This document shows, in pieces, positions 1 through 14,255 of a stretch of DNA of 64,000 bases. The stretch spans positions 372,001-436,000 of the forward strand of contig NW_026932818.1 of NCBI RefSeq assembly GCF_032062105.1. The letters run 5' to 3'. The first letter of the stretch is position 1. Each line of letters begins with the position of its first letter. The DNA is from Saccostrea cucullata. Taxonomy: Eukaryota. The notes beneath the pieces were generated by a model that made no database searches, was not told where the DNA came from, and saw only the letters and a list, made by a program, of their open reading frames with translations. The position numbers were made by a program, and so were the translations under genes.

Positions 1-205
1 ACAGAAAATAGTTTCCTCGACCTGTTCAATCAAAAAAACTCCACATTACTAAATGTATCTTACCATAAAGGTTTAAAATGTGATATGTGTATAATGACCA
101 TTGGCATGGCTCCTCAGCTCTTCAAAAGGATTTATTTTCACACAATTTCTATTTCATGCAAACGTTTAACATGCTACCCCCTTCAATAAAGAAATGAACT
201 CGAAC

Positions 206-3200
206 CTTAGTGTATTCCCACTTTGTGACGTTCTGCTTACAGAGTACATAATAAATACCGCCATCTTTGTCTGTTAAACATGCTTCATCTCTTTCTATGT
301 AGCCACTGATGGTGAATCTGAAAAACTACGCAAAATATCGATATTCTACATTAGTTGACTAGGATTGAGGGCAATATTTTTTGGACCCCAAAACGGAATT
401 GTACCGCGTTAACTCACCCACAAATTAACGGACACACACACAACTGCATTAATATATCCCCAATTCCGTTTCTAGGGGATAATACATCTTCTTTTAAGTT
501 TATGATTTATAATGCTCAATTAAAATCTCTTTTTGGGTAAATCCTATGTCCTCACCTGATTTCCGCCCAAGCCGTGACAGGGAATTGTGTGGATTTTGTT
601 ATTGGCCGTGGTCCCCATTGTATCCAGGCAGAGCCCAGTCTCCAAGTTACGTACCTATACAAAATTAGTATTTATTCTTAAAGCTAATTAAATACTATGA
701 GCATTGAGTTTCATTGAATTTTAAGGGGATTTGGAGAGGTACTAGTATATTAATTTAGCAAAATTGGTAATTCTTTATTGAGTATGTCCATGTTTTGCTG
801 TTGGGAACTTTGAATTCTCTAGGACCTCTCTGATCGAATCGTGAAATAGGATGTGTCAAATGGCGCTATGTAAGAAAGATTTTGTGAGAAAATCATTTAA
901 TTGTATATAGTGATGTAAGGGAGTTGCGGATAAGTGATAACTGCCTTCAAATGCACTACATGCTATTCTTATAGATTTGTAATAAAAATAATACTAAAGC
1001 TTATTCTATTTTTTACACTAAAAATTCTGAATTTTTGTTGCTTTAATACGCCTCACCTCTCCACTATACAAAGCCTTCTCCGGCAGCTTCATTCCAGGTA
1101 ACAGGTTATGGAGGTACCATCCAAAACTCTTACACCCCAGACGCTGCCTCAGTTCCTTTCTCTCTGATACGTCACCATAATCACCCTGAAAAGTGTTTAG
1201 AGATACTGTAAAGGTAGGTCTATATAGATAGAATTCTTGTATTTTTCTTTTTTCCCGAATTTTAAGGGTAAGTCTTGTCAGACAATTCAATCATCCAAAT
1301 GAAAGAATATATATTTCTGTCATTAATCAGTCTTGTACAAAAGCATAGAGCATGATGGAGATCTCAATTTAGACAAGACAAAGGTCCATTCATTGTTGAT
1401 AAGTTATATGGCTGAACAGGAAAACATGTCAATAAAAGATACATAATTATAACATTTATAATTACTCTTTACTAATTAATTTAGTCTTTTTCTTAATACA
1501 TGTATCTGTTCTGTTTATTTGTATTGTAATTTTCAGACCATACGATAGTGATATGAGGTACATGAACATGATGAATACATTTACATAATATATACAAATG
1601 ACGAAGTCAATTAAAATCCTATGATTTAAACATTTAGATAAATTTTCAGAAAACAGTTTTGTGAAAATTGTCTTAACAATTATGTTTCTTTTAATCATAT
1701 GATACTCAAGAAATTTTTTATATATCCATTTGACAGACCACATGAATATAAAATATCTCAAAATAATTATTCTCAAATTATTGGTTTTATCCTTAAAGAT
1801 TTACCTTAATAATTGATGTGAAGTATACTAACAATTGCATGCCTTTTACAATTTGATTAAATGTCTAGCATCACATTGAACTAATGAGTTTTGCTAAATA
1901 TTTAATATAAATTCTTCTTTCTATCAGGTAAAGACTAAAGATTTTATGGTGAAAAGAAAACATGTCCTTGAAATTGGACCATAAAACAAAATTTTTTTAA
2001 AAAAATGCAGAAAGTGATCTTCTTCATCTAAAAAAAAATAATAATAATAAAATACTAAGAATATCGGCTTTACTTATGACTTTTGACATAGAATATTCCC
2101 AACAAAGACAACAAGAGGAAGGACTAAATACATCACTTATAATTATTAACCGATCATTAACTTCCCCCAAGAAACTATTTTTCATGATACATGTTATTGA
2201 CGAAAATAGAAAATTCTTGTCATGGAATTTTCAATATAAAATCTAGGAATATTTCAACCGTGAGAACACGGAAGTAATTCAAAACAACTAAATATGCATG
2301 TAAAATTCTAGATTGATTTATCCATAAATATCTAGCTTATTCAAGGAAAGCGTTCTATGTTCAGAGGCCCAGAAGTCGATAATGATGTACCCCCTCAATC
2401 AAACCTAATATTGATGGTACTTGTATATTGTCAGAGAATCCTTGCAGAGACAAATTGTGAAAGGTATAACGAATAGTTTAAAAATAAAGAAAGAAAAATA
2501 CTTTCATTTTAATAATCATATCAAGACTTGTAACTTTTTTTTTTTAGGGAAGGTAACTTCAGGTGTTGTTCTGGATATAAATGGAACGAAGAGTACAGGG
2601 ATTTCAGCAGTACGTTTTTTAAAATTATTTTTATTTCCTACTTCATGAACCAGAAAATAGAATGTTCAGAAGAAGGGCAAACCTTCAGGGCACACAGACC
2701 ACAGTATAAGTGATAAAGTATATGTATATATATTTTTTTTTTTTACACTTTTTATCTGAATCAATCTCGACTTGCTTGAACATGTTGTATTTAATCTTAC
2801 TTGACTACATGTATATATGAATATTTAATGAGAAACGCCTTAAATCCATACTTTTTCATAAAGAATGGAAGTTGACGATAGAAATGCTAAATTCATTAAG
2901 TTTATCATAAAGTTTTGTTGTGATATATATAGTTCCTTTTACGTCTTTTTTTTTTCTAGTTAAATATGTAAATATGAAAAAGATGTGTCGGGCACTCTAT
3001 TGATATATTTTTGACACTTTTTGACTCTGGCACATTTTTTTACTCACTGCTGCTAATGATTCTAAAAGTCTTTTTAAAAACTTTTTTAACAGTATGCCCT
3101 TCCGGATAATATGGATTCGAATGTTTATCCGAGGTATGGTGAGAAATGTACAGAATGTAGCTGTGATATACACAAGTGTCATTTTGCGCTTGGATGTGAC

Positions 3201-6200
3201 TCTATTGTTGGTAATTACTTGTTTTCTCTATTATAAGTGCAATGATGCAACGAACTAAATATTTGGGATAAATGTGTACCTCATTAGAAAAGTTCAATGT
3301 TTCTTATTTTATTAAATAACCTTATATACTAGGTACTTTAAGAGAGAAAGAGATGCTTTCACTATGAAAACCATTACTAAGAACATCAGATGAAGAATTA
3401 TCAACATGTATTGTAGAATACTAGTATATGAAATAAGAATATGGTGTTTTCCTTGACACATTCATGTTTTTGTTTTCAAATATGGAAAAAAATATTTTCA
3501 TGAAACAAGTGAATATTACCCCCCAAAAAAAATACAAGTAGCATGTAAACGTTTTATCAAAGGTGATTGTTTAGTATATGAGGTTACATTAAAGTGAAAA
3601 AAATATCAGTAAAGTCAATAAAAAATCTATTAAATCTTTTGCATTTCTCCAATCGATAGGATTTAATTCATTTTCTTTTATTGACGTTACCGATATTTTT
3701 CACTATAATGAAGACTCAATAGGAGAAATGCAAAAGATTTGATTTTTTTTTTGACGTTACCGATATTTTTCACTATAATGAAGACTCACATTATACGTCA
3801 GTCACCTAAACTAAAACGGATTAATGATTATTAATTATCAAAAATGGAAACATTGAAAAAGCAAATGAATAAATCAAAATTACGAATCAACATCTCAATT
3901 CTGTTAAAAATAAATGTGAAATACCACTGAAAAAACCCAAAATTAAAGAAATTACAATTCTGTTAAAAAAAAATATTAAAAACCACTAAAAAAACCCCAA
4001 AAATCAAAGAAATTCATTGAAGAGTAATTTTTAGAAAAACCTTGCATTTTAACATGAGTTCAGTCTCTCTCTGACACACCTTTACCCTTGAAAAAGTATC
4101 GAGCAAAAAATAGAGATTTCATATAGTATACATAAAAAAAACAACTAACAGGTATTTATAAATTATCTCAGTTTAAATCTTACTAGGTCGTAATTAATTC
4201 TTTCGTAATATGCATGTTTATATTCGTCCATCCATACTTCTGCGGTTCGAACTGCATTTTTCCTCAAAATCTCGGCAAAACTTTTGCCCCACTTGTATGG
4301 ACTGACAGCTCTGAATATGTGAGCGACGTGAGAGCAGGGGTGGATCTCAAGACTTCCGCCACACATCCAAATCTAGGAGGAAAGGTATGATGTCTGATTT
4401 TGTCATAAATGCCCAAAATTTGTTATGATGGATAAATATCCTATTCAATCCAAGTTTCTTTTGGAAAGGAAAAAAATATCTGCAAAAAATCTTATCACTA
4501 TTGGTATTAATTGTATTTCTTTTAAAATTCAATTTTCATTAACAGGAAGCTTTGATATACTTTGCGAGTTTACTTTAGATTTGAAAAATATTCATGGTTT
4601 TTATTATGAATTTCTTGGTGAAAAACTTCACAAGCATTAGAAGCCAGCTGAATTTTTAACTTAAAACAAATTTTCCCATCATAAATAATATCATTATCTA
4701 TGTATAATTATAAAGTTTCGTATATACGATCGCCTGTGTGTGAGGGGATAATAACCTACCCTGAATGATATTTCCAGGTTTTCACCTCCCCAGATGTCCA
4801 TGCCGTGGTCATAGGTGCCCATCTTTGTGAAATAATCTCGGCTAATGGAGAACAGTCCACCAGCGATTGTGGGTGTCCTTATTACACGTGACAAAATGAC
4901 AAAAACGTAGAAGGTAATTTAACTACTAGTATATGGAAATTTTCAGATTAGTGAAATTTCTTTCTTAAAACTACATATGCAACTGACTGAATTTTTCTGA
5001 AATAATGGTTTTTGATACGTGCATATAAAAAAAGAAAGTCTTGTACTTGTTTAATGATATTTTCGTTCTATCCTTTATTCTTTCAATTCAAGCGCTCCAT
5101 TATAAATTCCTCTTTGTCTAGTTATACATACCGGTATATTAAAGCAATATGAGCTACAAGATTGACAAAAGAAAATTTTGTTGCAAATTTGTAATCAACT
5201 ATTTTCAAGACAGAAAAATAAAACATTTATAAACTTCTGTTGATCATATTTGTGATGTAACTTTTTAATTATAAGCTTTTGATTTAAACAAAATGACATT
5301 ATTGTTATCCTGTACATAACTGATTTCTTACATAATGCTCCATATTTGATTGTACAGAAATATTTTTTCTGAAATAATTAAAATTTTTATTTAGGTTTTA
5401 TTAATCATTAGGGTTTAAAATTAACAGCAAAATAATTTTCTCAAAATGCAGCTCATATTGCTTAAATATAAATCGAACAAAACTCCTCACCTCCAGGGCA
5501 TTATCTGACTGTGTTTTTCCTTCTCTTCTCTGGGTATGGTGAGCCACTTATACCCCATAATTGAAATATCAAATGTTCCCACTGCTCCTATTTCTGACCC
5601 TCCACAGGCGAACGTTTGATCACTTATCATATCTATTATAGGTGCAACGATTCTTGTATGATTTTCTGCAATTCTCTCCAGCAAGGGCTCAAGCCAGCCT
5701 TTAACAACAAAAATAAATAACTAATTCTTGACATTTAGATTCTTAAAAATAATTTAAATTAAATAAGATCAATGGAAATGCACGGAGGGAAGGAAAAGTA
5801 ATTTAGCTCAAAAGTCCATTGAATTTATATAAATCAGGAGAAGTGCCAACATGGACCTCATAAAACTTAAGAGTTGGGATCAGCTGCCATGGAGAATTAA
5901 GCATTCCCATATTATATATAATATATTTTGTTCCGTGAACAAACTATTTGATAAAATGCGAATAGTTGTGTAAGATATGAGTGATAGAGGCAAGAGAACT
6001 TATAGAAGAGGACGAAATGTTATATCATATTGTATCATTTTTAGACTGATCGGATAGTGTATAATCCTAGCTATGGCAGTCATACCTACAAAACATTCGA
6101 TATGAGAATCTAGAAATGTCAGAATTTCACCGGTGGCCGCCTCATAACCTAAAAGCCGTGCTCGGATCAAACCCTCTCGCTTAGCTGTTCTTAATACTCG

Positions 6201-7983
6201 GACTTTCCCAGATCCTTTCTCTGAGAAATACTCATCTAGCTCCTCTTTAAGAAAATCTAAAAATAAAAACCAAAAATAAATATTCTTGATAATGCTGTAT
6301 CATATCTTATTTTTGAATCCTTAAATAATTTAGATTTATTATAATTGAAATTGAACGAAATTTTAAGATAAAATAACATAACTTCATCATTCATCTGATT
6401 TATTTATCTAATTTGATAGAGAAAATCTTCTTACCTAAATCAGAAAAATCGTCCACTAATATGATTTCATGAATAAGATGTAATGGTGTTCGGTTCAAAA
6501 TGCTGTGAACTGTGCGTAGTAATACGGACCAAGCCTCGTTATGAAAGCAAATGATGATGCTAGTGGCAGGTAGATCCTTAGGATATTTCTTAAGCTTGCA
6601 GCTGTATCATAAAACAATATATAATACTTAAAGCTTTTCATTTGTATTACAAAACTATACTGTGTCATAGAAAATTGTATACATGTACATATTTTCAATA
6701 AAGATCTTATAAATTTGTACGTATTGTGGTTACCATCAATGTAATATATCCAAATGGAAGGAATGTTCGTATTAACACGAAAAAAATCCCTCTTTTTAAT
6801 ACCTGTTCGGCCTAAAGTTTCATTAATAAGTAAAACTGTATGTTCATCTTTTTTTGTATTAGTACGATTAAGTACCTTGGATTTCTTATGTCTGGTAGCC
6901 TCCTATGGTAAGATATCATATCACTGGCGTACTGGTTGAAGGAATTCCTCTTGAATAGTTCGTCATAAATCTTCTGTTGGTCTGGGCGGAGTTCTTCTTT
7001 CTTTATTTTGACAGGATGACCATATTCACCTGAAAGTCTCAAAACATTATCAATATTGTAGAAAATATAACAAGAATCAAAATTGCAAATCTTAAAAATT
7101 TACATGTACTAAGTTTATCAAGCAGGGTGGGAAAGTAAAAACTTAGAATACCCAAGTGTTCGAGATATCAAAGGTAAAATCAATATTGATAAAGATGTCC
7201 TAGTCAAATCTTTATTGAAATATATTTCAGTGTTTAGATTTCTTGATATTGAAGTTCAACAGTATATGTGGTGGATGCAACCTGTTGAGAGGGGGCTGTT
7301 ACTCTTTTTTGGCACCTGATCCTATCTTTGACATTTCCAGTACCGGTGTTTTTGCCCTACTTATTATTTACATGTACATTGTACTATCATTTGTTATTTG
7401 CCGAATTTAGGAGATTGGAGGAGTTATATATACCTGGTGCAAGTGGTGGAAGAATCTTCTCTAGGTGACGAAGTCGTTCTCTTTCCGAATCTTTACGTGG
7501 AATCTTTTCTTGGTTGTTATGTTTCTGTTTAATTTGCTTCGAGTGTTCTTGCATCACTTTTGGCGATAGGTGTATGCTGCCTGCCTTTGAAGCATTTGCC
7601 GCTGTATTTTGGCGTGAGTTTTTATGTAGGGTTGTTTTACTTGCACTGTTTACAATGGAATTGTCTGTAGATTTTTTCTCCAACTTTTGAAGTGCAAGTT
7701 CATCTCTCCATTTTTTCAAAATTTCTTTTCGTTTCCTTTTCTCGTGATATTTAATCCATGATGACTTATTAAAATGTGATGTTGTATATCGATCACGGAG
7801 CTCCATGAAATCATCTGCTCGTTTTACTATTTTTACAAGTTTAGCTAACTTTGGATATTCCTCTTTAGTCCTTGTTTTGTTAATTTCACTCTCAATATCA
7901 AAAAGAAATAAAGTTACAAATAACCAGACTGAGGACACAAGGAAAATAACAGCTAGAAGTCTTGTTCTTATACTCCTAGCCAT
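206..7983 (-). CDS. GALNT: Polypeptide N-acetylgalactosaminyltransferase (GT27, type II Golgi membrane protein with ricin lectin domain); 3' end lies beyond the window
   Basis: Coding exons read by hand with GT-AG boundaries and consistent phases: 7434-7983, 6876-7029, 6435-6601, 6086-6256, 5491-5698, 4760-4877, 4184-4372, 1057-1185, 556-654, 206-325 (1905 nt, 635 codons). Motifs: N-terminal TM ([20 protein letters not shown]), [46 protein letters not shown], DxH (FLDSHIEC), [55 protein letters not shown], ricin [12 protein letters not shown]. The symbol is family-level only; the paralogue cannot be assigned. Confidence 0.95.
2357..3395 (+). pseudogene. Nested antisense pseudogene of a small EGF-like (MEGF10/SCARF-type) cysteine-rich protein inside a GALNT intron
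   Basis: Exons 2357-2463 (MFRGP...[20 protein letters not shown], phase 2), 2548-2609 ([20 protein letters not shown], phase 1), 3093-3210 ([33 protein letters not shown]) and possibly 3333-3395, with matching GT-AG phases. In-frame TAA at 3107-3109 and a frameshift near 3128. Confidence 0.6.
3590..3790. mobile_element. Foldback MITE remnant with a tandemly duplicated arm
   Basis: gtgaaaaaaatatcagtaaagtcaa...cttttgcatttctcc is inverted relative to ggagaaatgcaaaag...ttgacgttaccgatatttttcac. The block ttgacgttaccgatatttttcactataatgaagactca occurs twice (3681, 3751). Confidence 0.5.
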
Positions 7984-10671
7984 TTTCTTCTCGCTTGATG
8001 ATTCCAGAAATTACTTGATCGGTCATAGGAATCAGCTTGCTCTGAAAGAAGATGAAAACCTTGTTGAATTATCTTTTTTTATTCACTCGAAGTGTTATTA
8101 TCTTTAAGATGAATAAATGTATATAAAATGTTCAATCAGGACTTTTCGGTACACTAAGTGGGGAACAAAGCTCAGGCTAAAAAGCGATGCCAAACGAAGA
8201 TAATGCCCAATAGAACTTTTATATTTTCAGCGTGATTACAATTTACCGGTATTCAGTTATATCCTTTTTCATTCAATTTTATTAATTAAGTATTTGATAG
8301 CACGGGTTTTTTTCTTAGCAAAATCGAATGTCAATATCGTATACAGCTCTATTTACCATAAATGGATATAGGGATTGATCTAAATAAATCTCTTTTTAAA
8401 ATCATTTTGTAGGGTATTTTAATCCACCTAAATAAAAAGCATTGAATCAATGTTATCTACTTGCAGACATTATATTGAAGAGACAAGGGACAGTACTCAC
8501 TACTTATGTTTGTTATACGCTGCTATGCCCCCATAATTTTTACGTAATTTTTTTCTTAATTTCTTGAGTTAAAACTAAAAAAAATTCACTTCGACATTTA
8601 GAAAAAACCGAATGATTAGAGAGAAAAATTGAAATTAACTCTGGTAGCGAACAAGAGATAGATAAAATGCATTTCAATATAAAGTTACCTGAACGAATTT
8701 GAAGATCTATCCATCTTTGCGCCATTGATCAGAAAAGATCCACGCGTTCAGAAATTGATCTTTGCCGGACCATATGTTACTTCTCGCTATATGCATTTTG
8801 AATGGACTCCGACAACGTGTCCCATACACTAACATTAAATGGTTTACACCATTTACCCCAAACACTATCTATAAAGAAAAAAAGGCTGTGGTCATTTCTG
8901 ATTATAACATAAGATACCTTTCTAATAATTTAATTTCTAAATGGTAAATCAATAATTAGCAATATGATTCTTAAAAGTCAATAAACAAATACATGTACTT
9001 ACACGAGTTCTGCTTTTAAGATTAAGGTATGCCTATTCCTTTCCAGAATTATTTACCAACTTTCAGTATTTCAAAAGTAAGCTTATATAGTTACTTACGT
9101 CTTTATTTATCTATAGTATATAATTGAAGAATCTTTGTTCTTCGGTTGAGGAAATGCAACCAAAAAGTTAAGAATGTAATGAAAAACAAAAAAGAATTGT
9201 TTTAGATAATTTCTTAGAAAAGATAATAAATAATTATTTTGCTCCGCTTCTATTTTGTATTGTTTTATGAACTTCTGAGCTTGAACACTGTTCGTTATCT
9301 CCATATCTTTCTTGGCATTATAATCATGTTAAAAACGTGTTTTTCGATTACTTTCAAGTTTGGAAAAACTTATCTGATGATTGTATTCAAAGTTTCTTCT
9401 AGGAAAATATTAGTCAATGTAAAATGGATTATGGTAATCTCGATTGTTCCAGTCACTGCTGATGCTGAAAAGGATATTAAGCCAGGGGCGCAACAGAAAA
9501 CATGTATTGTTGCCAAACAGCATATATTCTAAAAATCTATAACACAATTTAAGTCAATATATTCTAAAACTCTGTTACACAATTTAAGTCAAAAAAGTAT
9601 TCTCAAAATGAAAAACAATAACACTACTGATATATACCATTTAAATATATATCGCAAGCAGTATCAACGAGCGTCAAGTGTCTTGTCGTACTCAATTATG
9701 TCAGGATTGCAACATTTGATGTTTTGCTGCTTGGGCATAGAAAAAAACGTTTGTAAGTCCATGTATATGATTCTGAATTTTTTTAAAAAAAATAACGATG
9801 ATACATGAGCAATATGAAATATGGAGATAAAAAACAGTAATCAAGCATTGCAATAGAAATCGGGAGCATAGGAAACACAGACCTCTTAAACATCAAAAGT
9901 GGGATCAGGTGCCATGGAAGATTAGGCATCCCGTTATGAAAAATATGAATATAGCGAAAATATGAGAAGTATACCCTGTCAGAGTTTGTCATTTTGTTTT
10001 TAAGTTGATGAGTCATTTATAAAAAGAATATTTTAGGCTTTAAAGTTTCAGAAACAATAGATAAATACTTAATTTTTTTTTAATAATGATGTATTATCTA
10101 TTTTTAGCATTTCATAACAATTCTTTCTTTTGTGGATTGACAGACAATGTGCATTAGACATATGAACGACAATGATATTATAATTCAGTACACAGAATGC
10201 CACACGCAACTCTCAGACACACTTGTCTTCTTGATCATTGGAATGTCAACTGTCAAGCCAGAGGAAAATATTAGTAGTCGGTTTTCAGACAAAATAAAAA
10301 AATCAATTTCCGAGGATAATTTTGATTTATATTGAGGAAATTTACATTATTCAAAGGATTTTTCTTGGAATTTCATATTTCGGATAAAGAGCTCCAAGAA
10401 AAAAAAAACAATTCTGCACATGCATGATTATTCTGATGATCCTGCTGTGATATCGTAGATAGAAATTAAGGGATATGTCCGATAAAATGAGGTGTTAAAC
10501 TTTCTCTAACCTCAGAACTGATGAAGAAACAATAAGAAATATAAAATTTCTAAAACAAAAGTGATCAAATTTTTGTTTCTTCAATTACTAGTACATATAT
10601 TGATGATTTTTTTTCAAGCCATATAATTTCTGTGTTAAAAGAAAAACATTATCACAGCTTAGATACATGTA

Positions 10672-10847
10672 CAGTGAAAATTGTCTAATCCGACACCTGA
10701 ATAATCCGACACACTGTGAATTCCGACGTTAAATTTCTTTCCCATTTCAGTATTTTTCTTGTTTTTAACACTGTACAATCCGACACCCTGTCTATTCCGA
10801 CACAAAATTTGTCTCCCTGTGCATGTCGTATTAGACAGGTTTCACTG
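10672..10847. mobile_element. Tc1/mariner-pogo-type MITE
   Basis: TIRs cagtgaaaattgtctaatccgaca / tgtcgtattagacaggtttcactg, TA on both flanks, internal tccgacac repeats. Confidence 0.8.
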
Positions 10848-11375
10848 TATATGCATTCAATTACATCAGACGAGGAATGCACTTACTAAAAGTATAAATC
10901 AAATTAAACATAATAAAAGGATTTAGAAGTATGTCGTTACTTGTATTCTGAATAGAAAAAAAAGAGTCTCCCTCAGTCATAAATTTTGCGTTTGACTACG
11001 ATATTTCCCATATTTTGTCATACAAAATGTAATTAAGAAACGATAATAACAAGGAAGAAAAAAATAAGGCCTTCTTTAAAGAAAATCAGCTGGTTGCCCT
11101 CTTCCGATCAACTGGCTAAAATGATCCAGCTAAAAACCTTTTTTAACTTCCAGGAAACAATTTCTCGCTAACATACTTTTTAAATTCTGCATTGTTGATA
11201 ATTTTTAGGGGTAAGGATATTACAATTATTATACGTCTAAACGTAATACAAAATCCTTCTCTAAACTAGGAGATGCAATTAACGTTATTATGCATATACA
11301 TGTATTGCATTGATTGACATTTTAAAATGTGTTTTGTATCTCTTTTTTGATATTTTTATAATTTAGTTCTTAAAA

Positions 11376-12297
11376 GGTAAGTCACTCGTCAGCTTTTTAG
11401 AAAAGTTCACGCAGAAGCTTTTACTTCAAAACTACTTATTAAAATTCAATTTTTATAACATATTTAAATTCAACAATGTAATATTTTTAACATTCAATGA
11501 AAAAACTGCTCAAAAATCTACAAAGAAGCAAGATTTATGAGGGACTATTTCTTTTGGTGGAAGGATATTTAGCAGAAAATTCTGCAAATCTGCACATTTA
11601 TAAAATTTAATGTAATGGAAATTTAGCCTAACATACTTTTACTCGGAGAATATTTTCCGTTTTGATATTGCTAAAAATATTTAATATAGGTCTTAATTAA
11701 TATTTTTAGACTAAGTTTTACACCTTCCCTAAACAAACTTTTTCAAAAAATGAAAATATATTAAAGAAGTCAAGATCAAATTTACACCATTTTTTTTTTA
11801 CCTGAAAATCGCATATTTTGACAAATATTTCAAAATTAACATCATTGAACCCACCTTTTTCTTTCATTATTTTAAACTACTCGATACTTGTGACTGATCA
11901 GCACTTAAGTCGTAAAAAGTTTGACATAAGAATTTTTTTTATTGCCTATTAAGTTTTTTTTAATACCCCAAATATGTTATTTTTTTAGTGCAAAAAGGTC
12001 ATACAATAATTTACGCGCATTAATTTGCAAGATTTGTTTAATGATAAATATCATTCAAACTATAAGATTATATTTATTGCCATGCTTACATCTGATCAAA
12101 TATAATAAGGGTTAAAGTAATTAACCAAAGAGATGAAATTTAAGTGCAAAAAGGTCAACTTAAATGTACCGTAGATCAGTCGGATGCACACTGACCCCCT
12201 ATTTTCTTTGCGATTTTGAGTTACACTTTTTGAGTACTTATCCAAAATATACTTCTCAAAAAATCCTTGATTTAACAAATTTCAGGAGTGACTTACC
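11376..12297. mobile_element. Non-autonomous TTAA-flanked DNA transposon (Kolobok/piggyBac-like)
   Basis: TIR ggtaagtcactc / gagtgacttacc, with ttaa(aa) on the left and ttaa on the right; no ORF. Confidence 0.6.
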
Positions 12298-12445
12298 TTA
12301 AGATTGTTTCTTTTATTCGAAAGAATAGCATGAATATATTTATGACATTTATTTGGCAAATAAATAATTCAAGCAATTTATTTCAAATCGTATTATGACG
12401 CAATAATATGTACTTGCTATATTATTTCGTTACATGTACAGACAG

Positions 12446-13353
12446 CAGGGCTTAATAACCCTTGTATCCAGACCTTGTAAAAGGACCCTGTCCTAATAAA
12501 AAAAAAATAACTATTTTTTCCTCAAAATTAAGGGGAAAATTCTCAAATGATGCACACTCAGACTAAATTTTTCGTTCCTTTTTATATTAAAACAATCTTG
12601 AATTTGGTGATTCTAATGATTCATAATGGTGCAATAGGGAATAAGCTTTAAGGGTACCTCTTTACTCATCCTTTTAACTGGATTGTGACATATTTCCAAA
12701 GAACTATATGCGGTATATTGCATATGTTTGCCCCCACAAAAGTCAAATTTTGAAAACTTCCTGAAATGTGCTTAATTCAATAAATTGTACGAGAAATATA
12801 AGTTAACAGAAAATATTATAGTTCCAGAGCAGTGTATTCACAATTTCTGTTTTTATGACGTCACAAACTAGTCCGATTTTATATCCTTTTTCAGAAAGAG
12901 GACAAAATGGACAAAATTTCAACAATTTAAGCTTGAGAATTTATAGAGCGCATGTGTGTTCAGGAACAATATTGACATATTTCATTGATATTATCATTCT
13001 ACACATTATATTAAAATATTAATCCTGAACACACATGCGCTCGGTGACTTTCATTTAAAATATCGACGAAATATGTACATTTTTCTGCAAAATTCATAAA
13101 AAACTGAAATTTACGTCATATCTGTGACGTCATTACGTACATATGACGTCATTACTTATGAATTTATTCAGTGCTTTGAAGTCAGCATATACTCCCCTGT
13201 TTAAGGACTTAATTAAATATTACTCCATCAAAGTTTGATGTTGGGGGGCAAATGTTGGTTAATACCGCATATAGTTCTTTTGCCACTTTTTCGATTTAAA
13301 ATCCCTATTGGAAGGTACAGGACTTTGTACCAAAGAGGGTCAATTAAGCCCTG
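12446..13353. mobile_element. hAT-like non-autonomous element with a second TIR element nested at 12698-13280
   Basis: Outer TIR cagggcttaat / attaagccctg (no clear TSD). Inner TIR aaagaactatatgcggtat..tttgcccccca / tggggggcaaa..ataccgcatatagttcttt. Internal inverted pair gagcgcatgtgtgttcagga / tcctgaacacacatgcgctc. Confidence 0.6.
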
Positions 13354-14255
13354 AATAAACATCTTTTAGACAATAAGTTCCAAACTTCTCTCTCTTTAAT
13401 AGGTATAGCCCTTATGTGCTTTATCAATTTTTCATGCAAAAAAAGTCCTTATCATTTTTGATCATCACTTCTGGAATAAGTATATATAAATAATACCGTC
13501 ATTTCAGTTTGAGATCTCAAAACCAGGACTCCCGATCACGACACGAGCACCCAACCTCTAGATTACCGTGAAAGATCAGCAGTGAAGGAAAATCATCAGG
13601 ACTTACCTCATATTTTAGAAATGTGTTAATCAGAAGTGATCCATATACTCCAAGTAGCTTTCAGAAAATTTACAATTACAAAATTTTTAACCAAATAAAT
13701 TGCATTACGTCTACGATTTTCAACATCTCATGCTACCTTTTCAACGATAAATTGAAGCCAATAATTTTGACACCCCATACAGCATCTCTTGAAAGAAAAT
13801 AAGAACTAAAAAATGTACGTTCATTGTCATTGGTTAACCCCAAGTTGCTTTTGATCACAAAAGTGCTTTGAAGTTAAGATGCTTGATTTTTTTTCATATT
13901 GACAGTATCTATGAAGGTTTATGAGATCAAATATTCCAACAATCTGTCGGAATTTTTGTAAATATCCTAAGTACTTACCACCCCGTTAAAAGAGAAAAAA
14001 AGTGAAGGCTGTGGAGTATATTTCGAAATGTAGATAGAATGGGAAAGTTGTATTAGCTAACAATATTCGTTTTGAATCCTGCATCGAGGCACCCTTTAAA
14101 TTCGAAATGGAAGACACCATCAACTTTGAAGTACAGTTTTCATAAATAGACAATATATTTGAAAAGGACATTAATTTATTTATTGATTTAACTTGCAGCA
14201 AAATTTTATAAAGAACGTGCCTATTTGAACTCAAATGATCAACTTACCTCATTTA

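Noticed and set aside
1-21. Next GALNT exon after the acceptor-like ttgaacag
   Set aside because: Only 7 codons are visible (VEETIFC), with no clear ricin motif, so it cannot be supported.
8689-8800. GALNT 5' non-coding exon or promoter
   Set aside because: A donor-like cag|gtaact exists on the minus strand and an acceptor at 8042, but there is no transcript evidence to link them.
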